NCBI GenBank assembly: GCA_964019335.1
Contig: OZ025664.1
Span: forward strand, 186,001 to 250,000
From: Diplonema japonicum
Lineage: Eukaryota > Protista > Euglenozoa: Diplonemea
DNA length: 64,000 bases
Direction of reading: 5' to 3'
The first letter of the stretch is position 1, and the number at the start of each line of letters is the position of its first letter. Shown here one piece after another: positions 22,126 through 33,543 of the stretch. A program made the translations under genes and the position numbers. The notes under the pieces were generated by a model. The model saw only the letters and a program-made list of their open reading frames with translations. It was not told the origin of the DNA and searched no databases.

Positions 22126-22998
22126 ATGAACAAAAATTGGTTTATTGGTGTGGCGGTGATGGTGTTTCTAGCATTCCTGGTGGTATTCGGCAGCAACCAA
22201 CACGAACAAGAGATCATCATGTCCTTTGAAAGAAGGGGGGACGGGGCGGAAAACAATGTACTAGAACGGGCCCTGGTTCTGTACGGAAAGGTCCTTGAAA
22301 AAGAAGAGGAAGAGAGCATCGAACAAATACCCCCTGCATTGCTGGAAAAGGCCGGCAGAGTGCCTCCTCCACCTGTGGAAAATTCGTTCTTATTCAGACC
22401 CCTTGTGTACCATGAGGAAGGGTTCCTGCCGAAGAAAGTTTTTTCGCAGCTCATGGAGGCGGCAGCACCGCTCACAGCAAAAGGGACCAGTGATGTCTAT
22501 ACTGCAGCGCATAAGCGAACGAACTACATGATACCTGCGGGACATGAGATCACCAAGCTGGTGATGGGGAAATATTTTATCGAGAAAATAAGACAGATTA
22601 CAGGAGAAAACGATCTGCGTCCCGCAGATTTCCCTTCCGAGCTGCGGGTTTACACAACAGGGGCTTCCATGGACTGGCACAGGGACTACCAGTTGTATAG
22701 AAACCGTCAACATGAAATGGTTCTTACCCTCTCCAACCCCGCAAAGGGTGTCACTGAGTACATTGACAGGCAAGGCTTCTCTCACAAAATCAAAACAAAA
22801 CCAAACTCACTCTTGATCCTGCGGTCGGGTGGCTGCGACCACCGAGTCCTTCCCATTGACGAAGGAACCCGAACAATACTGAAATTTGTGTACACCCGAG
22901 ACTTCACAAAAGCTCCCGGCTACTACAACTATTTGAACACTAAGGACGGGCAGGATTGGCTGGATGAAGCGAAGAACCAGCAACTCTACACAGAGTGA
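22126..22998 (+). CDS. Membrane-anchored 2-oxoglutarate/Fe(II) oxygenase (prolyl-4-hydroxylase-like)
   Basis: N-terminal signal anchor; MDWHRD...DHRVLP...RTILK (HxD..H..R). Confidence 0.8.
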   Translation: MNKNWFIGVAVMVFLAFLVVFGSNQHEQEIIMSFERRGDGAENNVLERALVLYGKVLEKEEEESIEQIPPALLEKAGRVPPPPVENSFLFRPLVYHEEGFLPKKVFSQLMEAAAPLTAKGTSDVYTAAHKRTNYMIPAGHEITKLVMGKYFIEKIRQITGENDLRPADFPSELRVYTTGASMDWHRDYQLYRNRQHEMVLTLSNPAKGVTEYIDRQGFSHKIKTKPNSLLILRSGGCDHRVLPIDEGTRTILKFVYTRDFTKAPGYYNYLNTKDGQDWLDEAKNQQLYTE

Positions 22999-23096
22999 AG
23001 GGTAAACCATTTGTTTTTCTTTTTTTTTCTTTTTTTTTTCTTCTCCTTTTTTTAATAGGGATATGGAGGAAAGGAAGGGGTTTTCCTTTCTTTCTT

Positions 23097-23139
<43 letters not shown>

Positions 23140-23261
23140 CTTTTTTCGCTTTCTTCTTTCTTATCTTGTCTTATGTCCAAAATAAAAAAAATAAAAAATA
23201 AAAAGCAAGGAGCTTCTACAAACCACCTCAGGGAAAAGCAAAACACAACAAAACAGCCAAA

Positions 23262-26217
23262 ATGTCTATGGGTATCGGCGGTGCTACTCCCTTCCAGCAA
23301 AACTCCAACCACCAGACGGCGGCCAACCACCGTATCAGGGACACTCAGGCCTATGACCACACTAAGCAGACTAAAGTAAAGTGTACCTCGTGCGGGATGT
23401 GGGCAACCAAGGGAAGCAACTGCAATTTCTGCAAGCACCCTGCCGGTAGTGATTGGTTGAGTTCCCCTAAAGCAAAGGTGTGGAAAAAAAAAAAAGAGGG
23501 AATTTCACAGATTTGCATTCTCCAATGCTTGCGCCTAAATTATTTTACGCCCAGGATCCGTTAAGTGTCACAACAGAATCGCAAAATTACGTGCTAACCA
23601 AATTTCTAATTGCTTTTTCTAGGGCTGGAACGGATTTGCGTCCGGAGCCCAATTTGTGACATATGGATTTTCTGGTAAAATTCTCTGTGAACCTTGGGAC
23701 ATTTTTTTGATTTTCCCCATGTGACCCTGGGGAAACCATGGACAAAGGCCGGGTCACTTAACGGATCCGAAGCGTTAAATTTTTTGCCTCTGGTCAGGGT
23801 GGAGAATGCTGCAGGTGGGAGAGTGTGTCTGCAAAACCAAAAGAAATCGGGTTTGCAGGAACTTGTCCTAACCACATCGGTACAGCTCCATCGGAAGCTC
23901 CTTGCCTGGTCGGCCATGCCCCCGAAGGTCTCCACCGAAGGGGCAGAACTGTTTGTGGGCCTCCTTGCACGCCGTTGTGCTTCTTGATCTTGGACTCTTG
24001 TGCCTGGGCTGCTAGCGGTCGCAGACCGTGGCCGTTCCCACACACCCCACTGGGAAGGTAAATGCCTCCCTGCACTGTGTCCCATGAGTGAATTATAAAG
24101 TAATTTATTATTATTATTATTATTATTATCCCCTAAACGCCCGCGCGGACGTTTTTGTCCTTATTTCAATTTTCGCTAAGTACTTTTTTTTGAACACGGC
24201 CCCTGGACTTCAAAATATGGCATTGTTGCGCGGTTTATTTTGTCTTGGAACTACATTTTGCGTTAAAAGTTTTGTTTTAATTGAAACCGGCAGGGTTGGC
24301 TTAAAATGAAATCAGATGGTCAAAATAGCAGCGAAAACGTGAGTCTCCCCCGACTGGTCAGAAAAAGAAGAAAAAGACGATGAGGCGGTCAAAGAGGGGC
24401 CGGAAACGATGCTTGGGTGGGAGAAATACTCCCAAAGGCCCGAAACATATCATTTCCGTAAAAAGGTGGGCTTAGGACACCTCTAGGTGAAGCGGCCAAT
24501 GAGGAGGGTGTTTTTAATCTTTTTTTTTACACACGCGGTACTTGAGCTCATAGTTTCTTCCACGAACGGTCGTTTCGGTTCAAAAAAACAGCGGAATCTG
24601 AATCTTTCCATCCCAGAGTACAAAATTTGGCTTGGGTTGGTCCTGTTAATGGGTTTACGCTCGGCACCGAACATGAAGAGCTACTGGACAACAAATTCTA
24701 ATTTAACCATCCCGGCTTTTGAGAAAATGGGCAAACCGATTCGTTGACATACAGCGCTACCTCACCTTTGACAACCTGGAAAGCATTTGGAAGGCCTGAA
24801 ACTGCACCTCATGCGCAGGTTTCTTGACATCATTGTCAACCGGTGTAGGACTGTGCGGACCCCTGGCAAGTGGTTGTCTGTTGACGACAGTGTTATCCCG
24901 ACAACAATAAAAGTCATGGAACCACGAAAAAGCAACTCGGTGGGCATCAAGGTAATCGCCACATGCGACTCATAAAACTGTTACCTGGCGAATTTCAACA
25001 TTTTCAGCAAGAAGTCCACAACACAGGACCTAGTCATGCGTACTGTCGACTCCTAAGGGTTTGCTGTCGACCCCTGACCTGCAAGACCAGCTCCAGGGGA
25101 CTGGAGTTCGGCATATGAAAACCCGGAAGTGGACCATGGTCGTTTTTTATTGGTGGAAAGCTGTGTTGCCAACCCCTCCATAATCTGGAAGAAGAGCAGG
25201 GAATGTGGCAGAAATTATGGCTTCCCGAGCTTCAAAGAAGAACTTGTTGGCAAGCTTCTCACCCATGCCCCCAAAACCGATAGCACACACCGTCACCGAC
25301 CCCCAAGCGCAAACACGCTAGCAATGAGGATTCCCTCACTCAGAAATACCCAAAACGTCTCGATTTGACCCTAAATCACACCTCCGAGACCATGATGAAC
25401 GGAACGAAGGTGAGGACGGTGCTCTATGCTGTTCCTGGGTGCGGGAAGAAGGTGCAAACGTGGTGCCCCTGTTGCAAAACCCCCTTATGCAAAACGTGTT
25501 TTTTACCCTTGCATGCTACCCCAGCTGGAAAAAAAACTCACAAGTTGCTTTTTTCATTCCACAGCCCCAAAAAGTCTCCAGACTGACCTCAATCCTAGAG
25601 TTCAGGGCACCAAATAGGGCTGAATGCTGCCCTATTTACCCCAGCCATAACTCCACGGACCCCCCACGACAAGACCCCCCAAAATCGGACATAAAAAGTA
25701 CACCTTCAATCCCCCTCTTACACACATAGTTAAGTGTTCTCATCTGAATCTGGCACCTGGAATTGAAAATTTTAGTACCGTTTACCCTTTCCTTGCACCT
25801 TCCTATGGTTGCATGCTGCCCTTTTTTTGAGTATTTAAAGCAACAACGAAAATGGGGGGGTACCGTAGATAGGCTCCGGGCGTTTAGGGGTTATTATTAT
25901 TTTTATCCGAATTATAAAACATGGGGCGTTTAGCTCAGTGGTAGAGCGCCCGTTCTGCATACGGGAGGTCGAGGGTTCGAACCCCTCAATGTCCACTTTT
26001 TTGTTGTTAATTTTCTCACCTGCAATCACAGACCAACACCGAGAAGGTGCCCAAGAGGAAGGAAAAGACAACTGTGACAGAGAACGCGCACACTCACCAG
26101 CACCGTGATGTCACGTCTTACGAACACACCAAACAGACCAAGGTGAAGTGCACTTCGTGTGGTTGCTGGGCGAAGAAGGGCGCAAACTGCGGTTTCTGCA
26201 AGAGGCCTACGGCTTAA
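23262..26217 (+). CDS. Small protein with two C4 zinc-ribbon repeats; exon 1 23262-23477, exon 2 26032-26217, 2554-nt intron
   Basis: Each exon encodes one copy of Y(D/E)HTKQTKVKCTSCGxWAxKGxNCxFCK. Exon 2 has no ATG and follows CACAG; the phase-0 GT-AG join is in frame. Confidence 0.85.
24130..25890 (+). mobile_element. Decayed, internally deleted piggyBac element
   Basis: 14-bp TIR CCCCTAAACGCCCG / CGGGCGTTTAGGGG with TTAT on both sides. Transposase remnants with stops: FFTHAVLELIVSSTN, WLGLVLLMGL, KSYW, LSVDDSVIP, GIKVIATCDS, and C-terminal WCPCCKTPLCKTCFLPLH. Confidence 0.9.
25924..25995 (+). tRNA. tRNA-Ala(TGC), intronic, with C33
   Basis: Acceptor GGGCGTT/AATGTCC with G3:U70 and A73; D arm GCTC/GAGC; anticodon arm CCCGT-TCTGCAT-ACGGG; T arm GAGGG-TTCGAAC-CCCTC; T-run downstream. 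Confidence 0.93.
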
Positions 26218-27164
26218 TTTTGTGATTTCCTGTCCTTTCCTTTTAACTTGACTCCTCACCTCTTTCAGCAAGGTTTCCCTTATTGAGTGCTGGCGACAAA
26301 ATTGTCCCTGAAAACATGCTTATATGCATGGGTAGTTAAGAGGACCTCCAAAAAATGGGGAAACCAAACATTATTTATCTTGAAAGTTTGAAAAACCTGT
26401 TTCAGATGCAAGTTTTACCCCCCTTTTTTTACCCCATTTTATTTTTGAAAAAATAGTCACTTCCTTGTTTTATAAAGAAAAGTCCCATGATACTTAGGAA
26501 GGAAGGGAACCAAAGAAAATATTCTGACCTTTACAACTTTTTTATATACCCTGTGAGAGTTCAAGCAAAGATGCGACATTCGGGTGCTTCTTCCCCCACC
26601 CCCGACTGTGTGAATTACCAGCAGGCACTCACCAATGTCCATTCTTTAACCCCTTGTATTTTTTTTTTTATTACTTTTTTATTCTTTTTTCTGTTATTCA
26701 CCCAAAGTATCCCCCCACTTCTTTTTCCTTCTCTGTCCCAGAGCCAGGCCTTAAGACTGGTAGTTGGTGATGGTATACCGCAAGGCTGGGTCGCAGGGAT
26801 CGGTTTTATTTACCCCCTTTTTTTTTCTTTTTTTTTGCCCTCTCTGGTTTCTTTTTCTGTTTTTTTCCCTTTTTTTTTTTTTTTTTTTTTTTATTTCCTT
26901 TTTTGATGACGAAAAGGAAAAGTGGGGAAGGTCTAGCATCCCATCTTCCTGGGACACAAGGTGATGAGAAGTCAGGCATACCTTGCCCTTCACGAAGTTC
27001 AAGAGAAGTTCTTCTTCTTTTTCGAAAATCAGATTGAACTCTGGTATCGTCGCAGCATCTGCAGGCTGTCCAGTGGGGGCATGAATTGCAAAGCAGCCCG
27101 CATTTCCTTCACCAATCTTTTCCGGATGTTTCATGGCCACATTCTTCGTCTCCCTAAAAAAAAA

Positions 27165-27673
27165 TAGCTATTTATTTTGCCAACAAATTATGAGTCATTA
27201 TTTAACTCGAGTTCCTGAATTTTTTGCACGAGGGCCCTGCGGGCCCTCGTGCAAAAAAACGGTAACAAGAGTTAAATAATTTGGCTCATTTGGCGGCAAG
27301 TAAATCGTTTTATTTCACTCTTCGTCATTTGAGTCACTCACTCTTCGCTGCTTTCACTGCTGTTTTTTTTCACGCAGGTCAGCCTTTTTGGGGATTTCCT
27401 AAGGTAATATGGGTTGCTATTTCGCTGTGGCATTTAAAGGGGAAGTAAGCACTTATTCCCACTTTTAAGGGCTGGAATGGCCTCAGATGGCCAAAAATAG
27501 TCAAAATACCCCGTCCCCAAAAAAATTTTTCAAGGGGTTGGATACATTTTTTCACTCTGAAGCCCCATAATTTAACTGCAAAATCTCATAATTTAACTAG
27601 TTAAATTATGGCGATTTCGCGTTAAATTATGAGGCCCCTAGTGAGTGAAGAAAATGACGAAGAGTGAAATAAA
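27165..27673. mobile_element. Non-autonomous hairpin/asymmetric-IR element, copy 1
   Basis: ~140-nt fold-back (27165-27306, centre GCACGAGGGCCC-TGC-GGGCCCTCGTGC), then IRs at 27309-27342 and 27640-27673 around a core containing ATAATTTAACT-type repeats. Confidence 0.8.
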
Positions 27674-27737
27674 GAACCTAAAAAGGTTCCAATGTAGGGA
27701 GAGAGGAAAAAAAAAAAAGCCAAGGCAAAAAAAAAAA

Positions 27738-28307
27738 CTATTTATTGCCAACAAATTATGAGTCATTATTTAACGCGAGTTCCCGAATTTTTTGCACGAG
27801 GGCCCGCAGGGCCCGAGTGCAAAAAAACGGGTAACGAGAGTTAAATAATGGCTCATTTGGCGGCAAGTAAGTCGTTTTATTTCACTCTTCGTCATTTGAG
27901 TCACTCACTCTTCACTGCTTTCACTGCTGTTTTTTTTCACGCAGGTCAGCCTTTTTGGGGAGTTTCCTAAGGTAATATGGGGTTGCTATTTCGCCATGGC
28001 ATTTAAAGGGGAAGTAAGGCACTTATTCCCACTTTTAAGGGCTGGAATGGCCTCAGATGGCCAAAAATAGTCAAAATACCCCCACCCCAAAAAAAATTTT
28101 CAAGGGGTTGGGTGCATTTTTTTCCACGGCGAGACTCATTTTCCCACTCTGAAGGGCCATTATTTAACTGCAAAATCTCATTATTTAACTAGTTAAATAA
28201 TGGCGATTTCGCGTTAAATAATGGCCGTTTCGCGTTAAATAATGGCCATTTCGCGTTAAATAATGAGGCCCCTAGTGAGTGAAGAAAATGACGAAGAGTG
28301 AAATAAA
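27738..28307. mobile_element. Hairpin/asymmetric-IR element, copy 2 (tandem, near-identical to copy 1)
   Basis: Direct repeat of 27168-27673 with extra TTTCGCGTTAAATAATGGCC units and an altered hairpin centre. Confidence 0.8.
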
Positions 28308-28318
28308 AAAAAAAAAAA

Positions 28319-29040
28319 GAGAAAAACTACAAACACGACAAGCAAATTTGGATTTTCCACCAAACTCTGTAACCTGTTTTTTGCCCTTTGTCCACGGTAA
28401 CTCGAATATATTTCTCTATTGTTCACGGAAACTTGCAATTTCATATCCACCAAACACGTTTTCAAAATATTTTGTCCACCATCCACGGTAACCTCGAAAA
28501 TGTTTCCCACCATCCACGGTAACCACCAAGGCTTTTTCCCCCCCCGCCCGCCTTCTGTCAGGGTCCTGTGTGAAGATAACCTCAAGAACGGGGAGACCCT
28601 CGTTGGGGGATAAAAGGAAACTGAGCGAAGGAGAGGGGACACACCTGCGGCAACTGCAAGAAAGTGGGGCACAATGCCTGTTCTTGCAAGAACCCCCACC
28701 AGACTCCTAGAAGTGCTCTTCTGAGCTGAAGCAGACCCAGCTAACGTAGTGTCATAGTGTAGAGTCATTCCCCCCCCCTTTTTTTTTCCTTTTGCCTAAT
28801 CATTTATTCCTATTGTTGTAGTGCGCTCTATATTTCGCCAAATAGTCAAAAAAACGAAAATGCGAAAGGTTCCGTGTTTGGTGGAAATTCGAAATTAGGT
28901 TTCCTAAAGGAAAATTTTGATGGTTTGCAGGGAACGGTGGAAAAATGAAATTGGGTTTCCGTGCTTGGTGGAAAATGAAATTCGGGTTGGCTTGAACGGT
29001 GGAAAATTTTCATTTGGTTGTCGTGTTTGTAGTTTTTCTC
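28319..29040 (+). mobile_element. MULE/foldback-type deletion derivative
   Basis: TIR GAGAAAAACTACAAACACGACAA(G/C)CAAAT; subterminal tandem CCACGGTAACC-type repeats inverted at the two ends; internal remnant RTGRP...CGNCKKVGHNACSC (zinc knuckle typical of MULE transposase C-termini); inserted in an A-run. Confidence 0.8.
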
Positions 29041-29070
29041 AAAAAAAGAAAAAAAAAAAAGAAAAAAAAA

Positions 29071-29289
29071 ATGGCAGAAAAAGTTCCCCCGTACTTCCCG
29101 CTGTCAGTGGAGCCCTGCCACGAGACCACCAAGGCGTTTTTCGAGTGTTTTGATGAACACGGAGAGATGAAAGACAGAACCGATAAAGAAGCGGGCGTGC
29201 GTGGGATCCGAGCCTGTGTGAAGCAGCTGGAAGCGTACCGAAAATGCATGGACAAAAATATCCATTTGAGCAAGCATTATGACCCTTGA
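29071..29289 (+). CDS. Small twin-Cx9C-like (CHCH) protein, probably mitochondrial intermembrane space
   Basis: 72 aa; CHETTKAFFEC and CVKQLEAYRKC helical Cx9C pairs. Confidence 0.75.
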   Translation: MAEKVPPYFPLSVEPCHETTKAFFECFDEHGEMKDRTDKEAGVRGIRACVKQLEAYRKCMDKNIHLSKHYDP

Positions 29290-29412
29290 TGGAATTTACC
29301 CCCCCCCCCTTTTTTTCCCTCTTAATTTGTTCCCAAGATTTTCCCCCACAACCAACACAGTTCCACACGCGAGAAAAAAAAAAGGGGGGGTAAAAAAAAA
29401 AAGAGGGAAAAA

Positions 29413-30110
29413 ATGAACCGTCTATTCGGTAGGAGCTCTGCACCAAAGACGCCCGCTCCAACGATGGAGGACACGGGTGAAAGGATGGATAAAAGGGTGG
29501 GTCAGGTTGATGGAAGGATTGCGAAAATCGACGATGAGTTGAACAAAATAAGAGAGCAGATGAAGCGAACAAAGGGGCCGGGTCAGGCCAGGCTAAAGCA
29601 GCGCGCAATGCAGCTGTTGAAACAGAAAAGGATGTATGAGGGACACAAGGATCAGGTCGAAAGCCAGCGTTTCAACATGGACCAAATGCAGTTCACGGCA
29701 GATTCAGTAAAGGACACAATTGACCAGGTCTCCTGTTTGAAAGCAACGGCGCAGCAGCTTAAGGTTGACCAGAAGAAGGTCAACATAGATGAAGTGGAGA
29801 GGATGCAAGATGAGCTTCAGGACCTTTATGACGATAATAACGAAATCCAAGAGATTCTCGGCCGGAGCTACGCGATGCCAGATGAAGTCGATGATGAAGA
29901 GCTCGAGGCAGAACTCGCTGGGCTTGAAGACGACATGCTGTGTAGGTATGTAATAGTGTGAGGAAAGAAGCGTAATTTTTTTTTTTTTTTTTTTTTTGCA
30001 GCAACGATACGTCGTACCTGGACACTGCCCTTGCACCGCCTTCAGAACTCCCTGCAACGAAGGAAGAAGAAACCGATCCTGCAAGGCTTGAGGAACAGCT
30101 TGGGTTATAG
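29413..30110 (+). CDS. VPS60: ESCRT-III subunit CHMP5/VPS60 (intron 29946-30001)
   Basis: [44 protein letters not shown]; spliced tail DTSYLD. Confidence 0.93.
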
Positions 30111-30591
30111 AAAAAGAAAAAAAAAAGAATTCTTGCCTTTTTCGAAGTGTCCCTCTTTTTTTTTTCTTTTTTTTTTTTCTGTTTGTTACGTAGCAATAAA
30201 AAAAAAACTTTTCTGCTCACTCCCTTTTTTTTTTTTTTTTTTTTTTTTTTCGCCCCCATTTTTTCTTCTTCCTGATTCGCTATCTATTTTTTTTTTTCCC
30301 TTTTTTTTTTTTTTTTTTTTTTCTTTTTTTACTGCTTCGTTTTGCCATAAATTTTTTTTATCCAATTCTCGTTTTCAGTTTTCTCTTCCAAAGGGAAAAA
30401 AAAAAAAAGAGGGGGGAAAGGCACTTGACAACTTTTTCTTTTTCTCCCTCCCCGCCCTCCACCCAAACTAATTTTGTCCCTCCCCCTCACCCAAGTATTT
30501 CTAACCTTTTTTTTTTTATTCCCCCCTCCACCACTTTTGTTTGAAAATAACAAAAAAATCACGACAAAAAAAAAGAGGGGGTAAATATAAA

Positions 30592-31260
30592 ATGTTTTTT
30601 GGGTCGCCCCCTAAAGCTTACGCTGAGTCTGCATTGAAGAAGCGTCAGGGGTATGGCAAGGCTGTGACACAGCAAGCAACAACCCATGTGGCACCGTCTC
30701 CTCTAAAGAAGAAGGAGAAAACTGCGTTTAATGGGTCTCCGGACAGAAAGCCAGGATGGACCAAGGCTAGGTATATGGGAAATTATATTGCGTTCCCTCA
30801 GGAGATGCAGCAGGAGCATCACCAGCAACCCCGTAGCAAAGCAAAGAAGGGGGAGATGAGGAAGGATTGCGGTACTGGACGGGACTTCGGCAGGAAGATG
30901 ACCAATAAATCAAGAGGCATGAGCCCACGGAGGGGGAGAAGTGCCTCTGCGTCCCCACACCGAAACCATCCTCATCAGTCCCCTTCCCCTTCTCCAAACA
31001 GAGATTACAGCCCTATACGTCCTGTAGGGATCCACCCCTCCCCAGCGCGTGCTAGGTCACCAGCTCCTTATCTCGCTGTTTTGAACAGCGGAACGAATCT
31101 CAGTTACATTACTCTTCTTTGCTCTGCTAAACAAACACCTTGCACATCACCCTCTCGCACTCGCCACGAGGCACTGCCTGTCACGCTGCAGGCGCTCGAG
31201 CTGGCAGGAGCGTCTGACTTGCAATACATCTCTGCTTTGTTGAATGCCAAACGAGGGTGA
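30592..31260 (+). CDS. Hypothetical basic, SP/RS-rich protein
   Basis: ORF between low-complexity spacers; no family recognised. Confidence 0.65.
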   Translation: MFFGSPPKAYAESALKKRQGYGKAVTQQATTHVAPSPLKKKEKTAFNGSPDRKPGWTKARYMGNYIAFPQEMQQEHHQQPRSKAKKGEMRKDCGTGRDFGRKMTNKSRGMSPRRGRSASASPHRNHPHQSPSPSPNRDYSPIRPVGIHPSPARARSPAPYLAVLNSGTNLSYITLLCSAKQTPCTSPSRTRHEALPVTLQALELAGASDLQYISALLNAKRG

Positions 31261-31926
31261 ATACCGGGAAAATGGTCGAAAGAAGAAGGGTGAAAGAAAA
31301 GAGAAAAAAAAAATGCTCTTTTTTTTTTTTTTTGTATTCTTCTCCCGAGATTTTTTTTTTTTTTTTTTTGAATTTTTTTTTTCCTTTCCACATCCCCCTT
31401 TTTTTTCTTCAGCGTCCTGCCACATACCGCAGGTCCCCCCTTTTCCCCAAAAAGTTCCTGTTTTTTTTTTTTCGCCTTGAGAAAAAAGAATAAAAAAGAA
31501 ATTAAAAGAAATGCCAAGTTACTGCGTGCTGTACCAGAACTTTCACCTTGGAAAAAAAAAACCCCCCCTCCTCCCCTATTACCCCCACCTCTTTTTTCTT
31601 CTTTTTTTCTCCTGTACCCCCCTGTTTCCCTCTCCTTGTAGTTGCTTTAAGAAATAAGAAAGAAACCACAAATATAAAAAAGGCTTTTGAAAAATTAAAA
31701 GAAAAAAATTCACGTAAAAAAAAAAAAAAAAAAAACCACCCAAAATAGTACCCTGAAGTTGCTCTTTATTTTGTTTTCAAATTTTGGGTACTAACAAAAA
31801 AAAAAAAAAAAAAAATACCAAGAAGAGAGGGAAAACAATTCTTTTTTTTTTTTTTTCGTTTTTCTTTTTTGTTTTTGTTTTCCCACCTACATTTAAAAAC
31901 CACCCACACACCAAATAAAAGGCATC

Positions 31927-32484
31927 ATGTTTTTTGCCATATATGTTTCTGCGGTGACAGCGTCTGCATGTGTACCCATGAAAAAAGTAGGCGACCTCGC
32001 TTTCACTGCATATGAAGAAACTTCAATGGGGGTGCAATCATTGGCGTGCGTTGGAAAATGTCCAGAGGGGATCGAACTTGAGAGTGCGACATGCAAGAGA
32101 CAGTCTCACTCTGGGGGTACGTGGAAATGCCCTAAATACAAGCTGAATATAGAAACGTACACGGTCGAGAACACAAGGGTGGGCTGCGAAATGTGCGGGC
32201 GAAACATGTTATTAATCGACAGCTGCTTCTTGCGGTATTCCTTAAGGAAGATACAGATACCGGACTCTTCTCACAAGAAGAACAAGACTGAGGCGGCCCC
32301 GCCCAGCGGTTCTGTTCCGTTGGCCGTGGTTTTTTTTACCTGTTGCTGTGTTGCGCTTTTCTTCGCCCGCATGTTTATGAAGCTTCCCTTAGGTGACGTG
32401 GTGACACAGCAGCGTTGTGAAAGGGTTTACACTGACTCACACCGTCGAAGCCTCTCAGGTGCAGTCTCAAGGGTGAAGTGTTGA
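31927..32484 (+). CDS. SARAF/TMEM66-like single-pass membrane protein
   Basis: Signal peptide; luminal cysteine pattern LACVGKC...ATC...WKC...VGCE...SCFLRYSL; TM helix. Confidence 0.7.
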   Translation: MFFAIYVSAVTASACVPMKKVGDLAFTAYEETSMGVQSLACVGKCPEGIELESATCKRQSHSGGTWKCPKYKLNIETYTVENTRVGCEMCGRNMLLIDSCFLRYSLRKIQIPDSSHKKNKTEAAPPSGSVPLAVVFFTCCCVALFFARMFMKLPLGDVVTQQRCERVYTDSHRRSLSGAVSRVKC

Positions 32485-32782
32485 TGCACCCAAATGAGCA
32501 ATGGAGTCGGGAACGGAACCGTGCAACTTTTTCTCGTTAAATTTTGAACCCTTTTGTTTCTTCTTCATAGAAACCCAAAACGTGAACAGGTTTTCTTTGA
32601 ACGGACGGGAAAAAAAAAAAAAAAAAAAAGAAAGTTTCAAAAAATAATGATAAGTTAACAACTATTTTTCTTCTCCCTTTTTCTATTTACAAAAAAAAAA
32701 AAAAAAAAAAAAAAAAGTGGTAGCATGAAGTACTTGTCAAGACCTGTGCCGTGTGCACATAACAAGTGCTTTGAACCGACTC

Positions 32783-32831
<49 letters not shown>

Positions 32832-33317
32832 TCATCTCGTGGTGTATTTTGAGAAATCTTGCGAAACACACGAGGAACTGCTAAGACATATAATATATCG
32901 TATTTATAGGGGGAAAAAAGAAAAGAAACAAATCAGACTGGCAACATGTCTGGACTGAAAATTAACAGAAAACAAATACTTGTCAGTCCGGCACTTTGTT
33001 CTACAATATTTATTTTTTTGCAACCTTTTGTATCACTCAAGTGAAATAATATACAGAAAAAAAAAAAAAGAATTCATTAGCGTGGATAACAACGCATAAA
33101 ATATAAATGGTTGCCCCTATATTTTTCATTTTTTTTCTCGTTCTTTTCTTTATACTACTCTGCGAAGCTCTTATTTTTTTTTTACTTTCAGTATACACCC
33201 TCCTTTTACGCAATCCCCCGTCTCCCTTCAAATCACTCTTGCTTTGAAAATATATGGTACTGAAGTAAAATCGGGCTAAAAAAAAAAATCTATAAATGTT
33301 CAAATTTAATTCAATTT

Positions 33318-33511
33318 TTTTATCTGATAGTTCAGAAATTTCTTCACTCCTAACCCCCCCTATAATCTGATTACCCCCCTCTCATAATTTGATAGCTCAG
33401 TTATGGGCAGGACGTAGGTGTTTATGGCGTGGCTGCCAAATTATAGGGGGGAAAGTGACATTATTGGGGACAGAGTGAAATTCTTTTTAACACATTTGGG
33501 CTCAAGATCAT

Positions 33512-33543
<32 letters not shown>

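Noticed and set aside
23561-25733. TTAA sites at 23561 and 25730 as piggyBac boundaries
   Set aside because: No inverted repeats there; the true TIRs are at 24130 and 25890.
25949-25965. Reading the 25924 tRNA as Cys(GCA) by shifting the loop one base
   Set aside because: Breaks the perfect CCCGT/ACGGG stem, puts U at 37, and conflicts with the G3:U70 and A73 alanine identity.
26751-27140. Minus-strand 129-aa ORF next to the hairpin element
   Set aside because: Runs into homopolymers and has no recognisable domain; at most a decayed fragment.
28340-29000. Short repeats with spacers resembling a CRISPR array (also 28160-28265 and 34300-34700)
   Set aside because: Degenerate subterminal TE repeats inverted between element ends; eukaryotic context and no cas genes.
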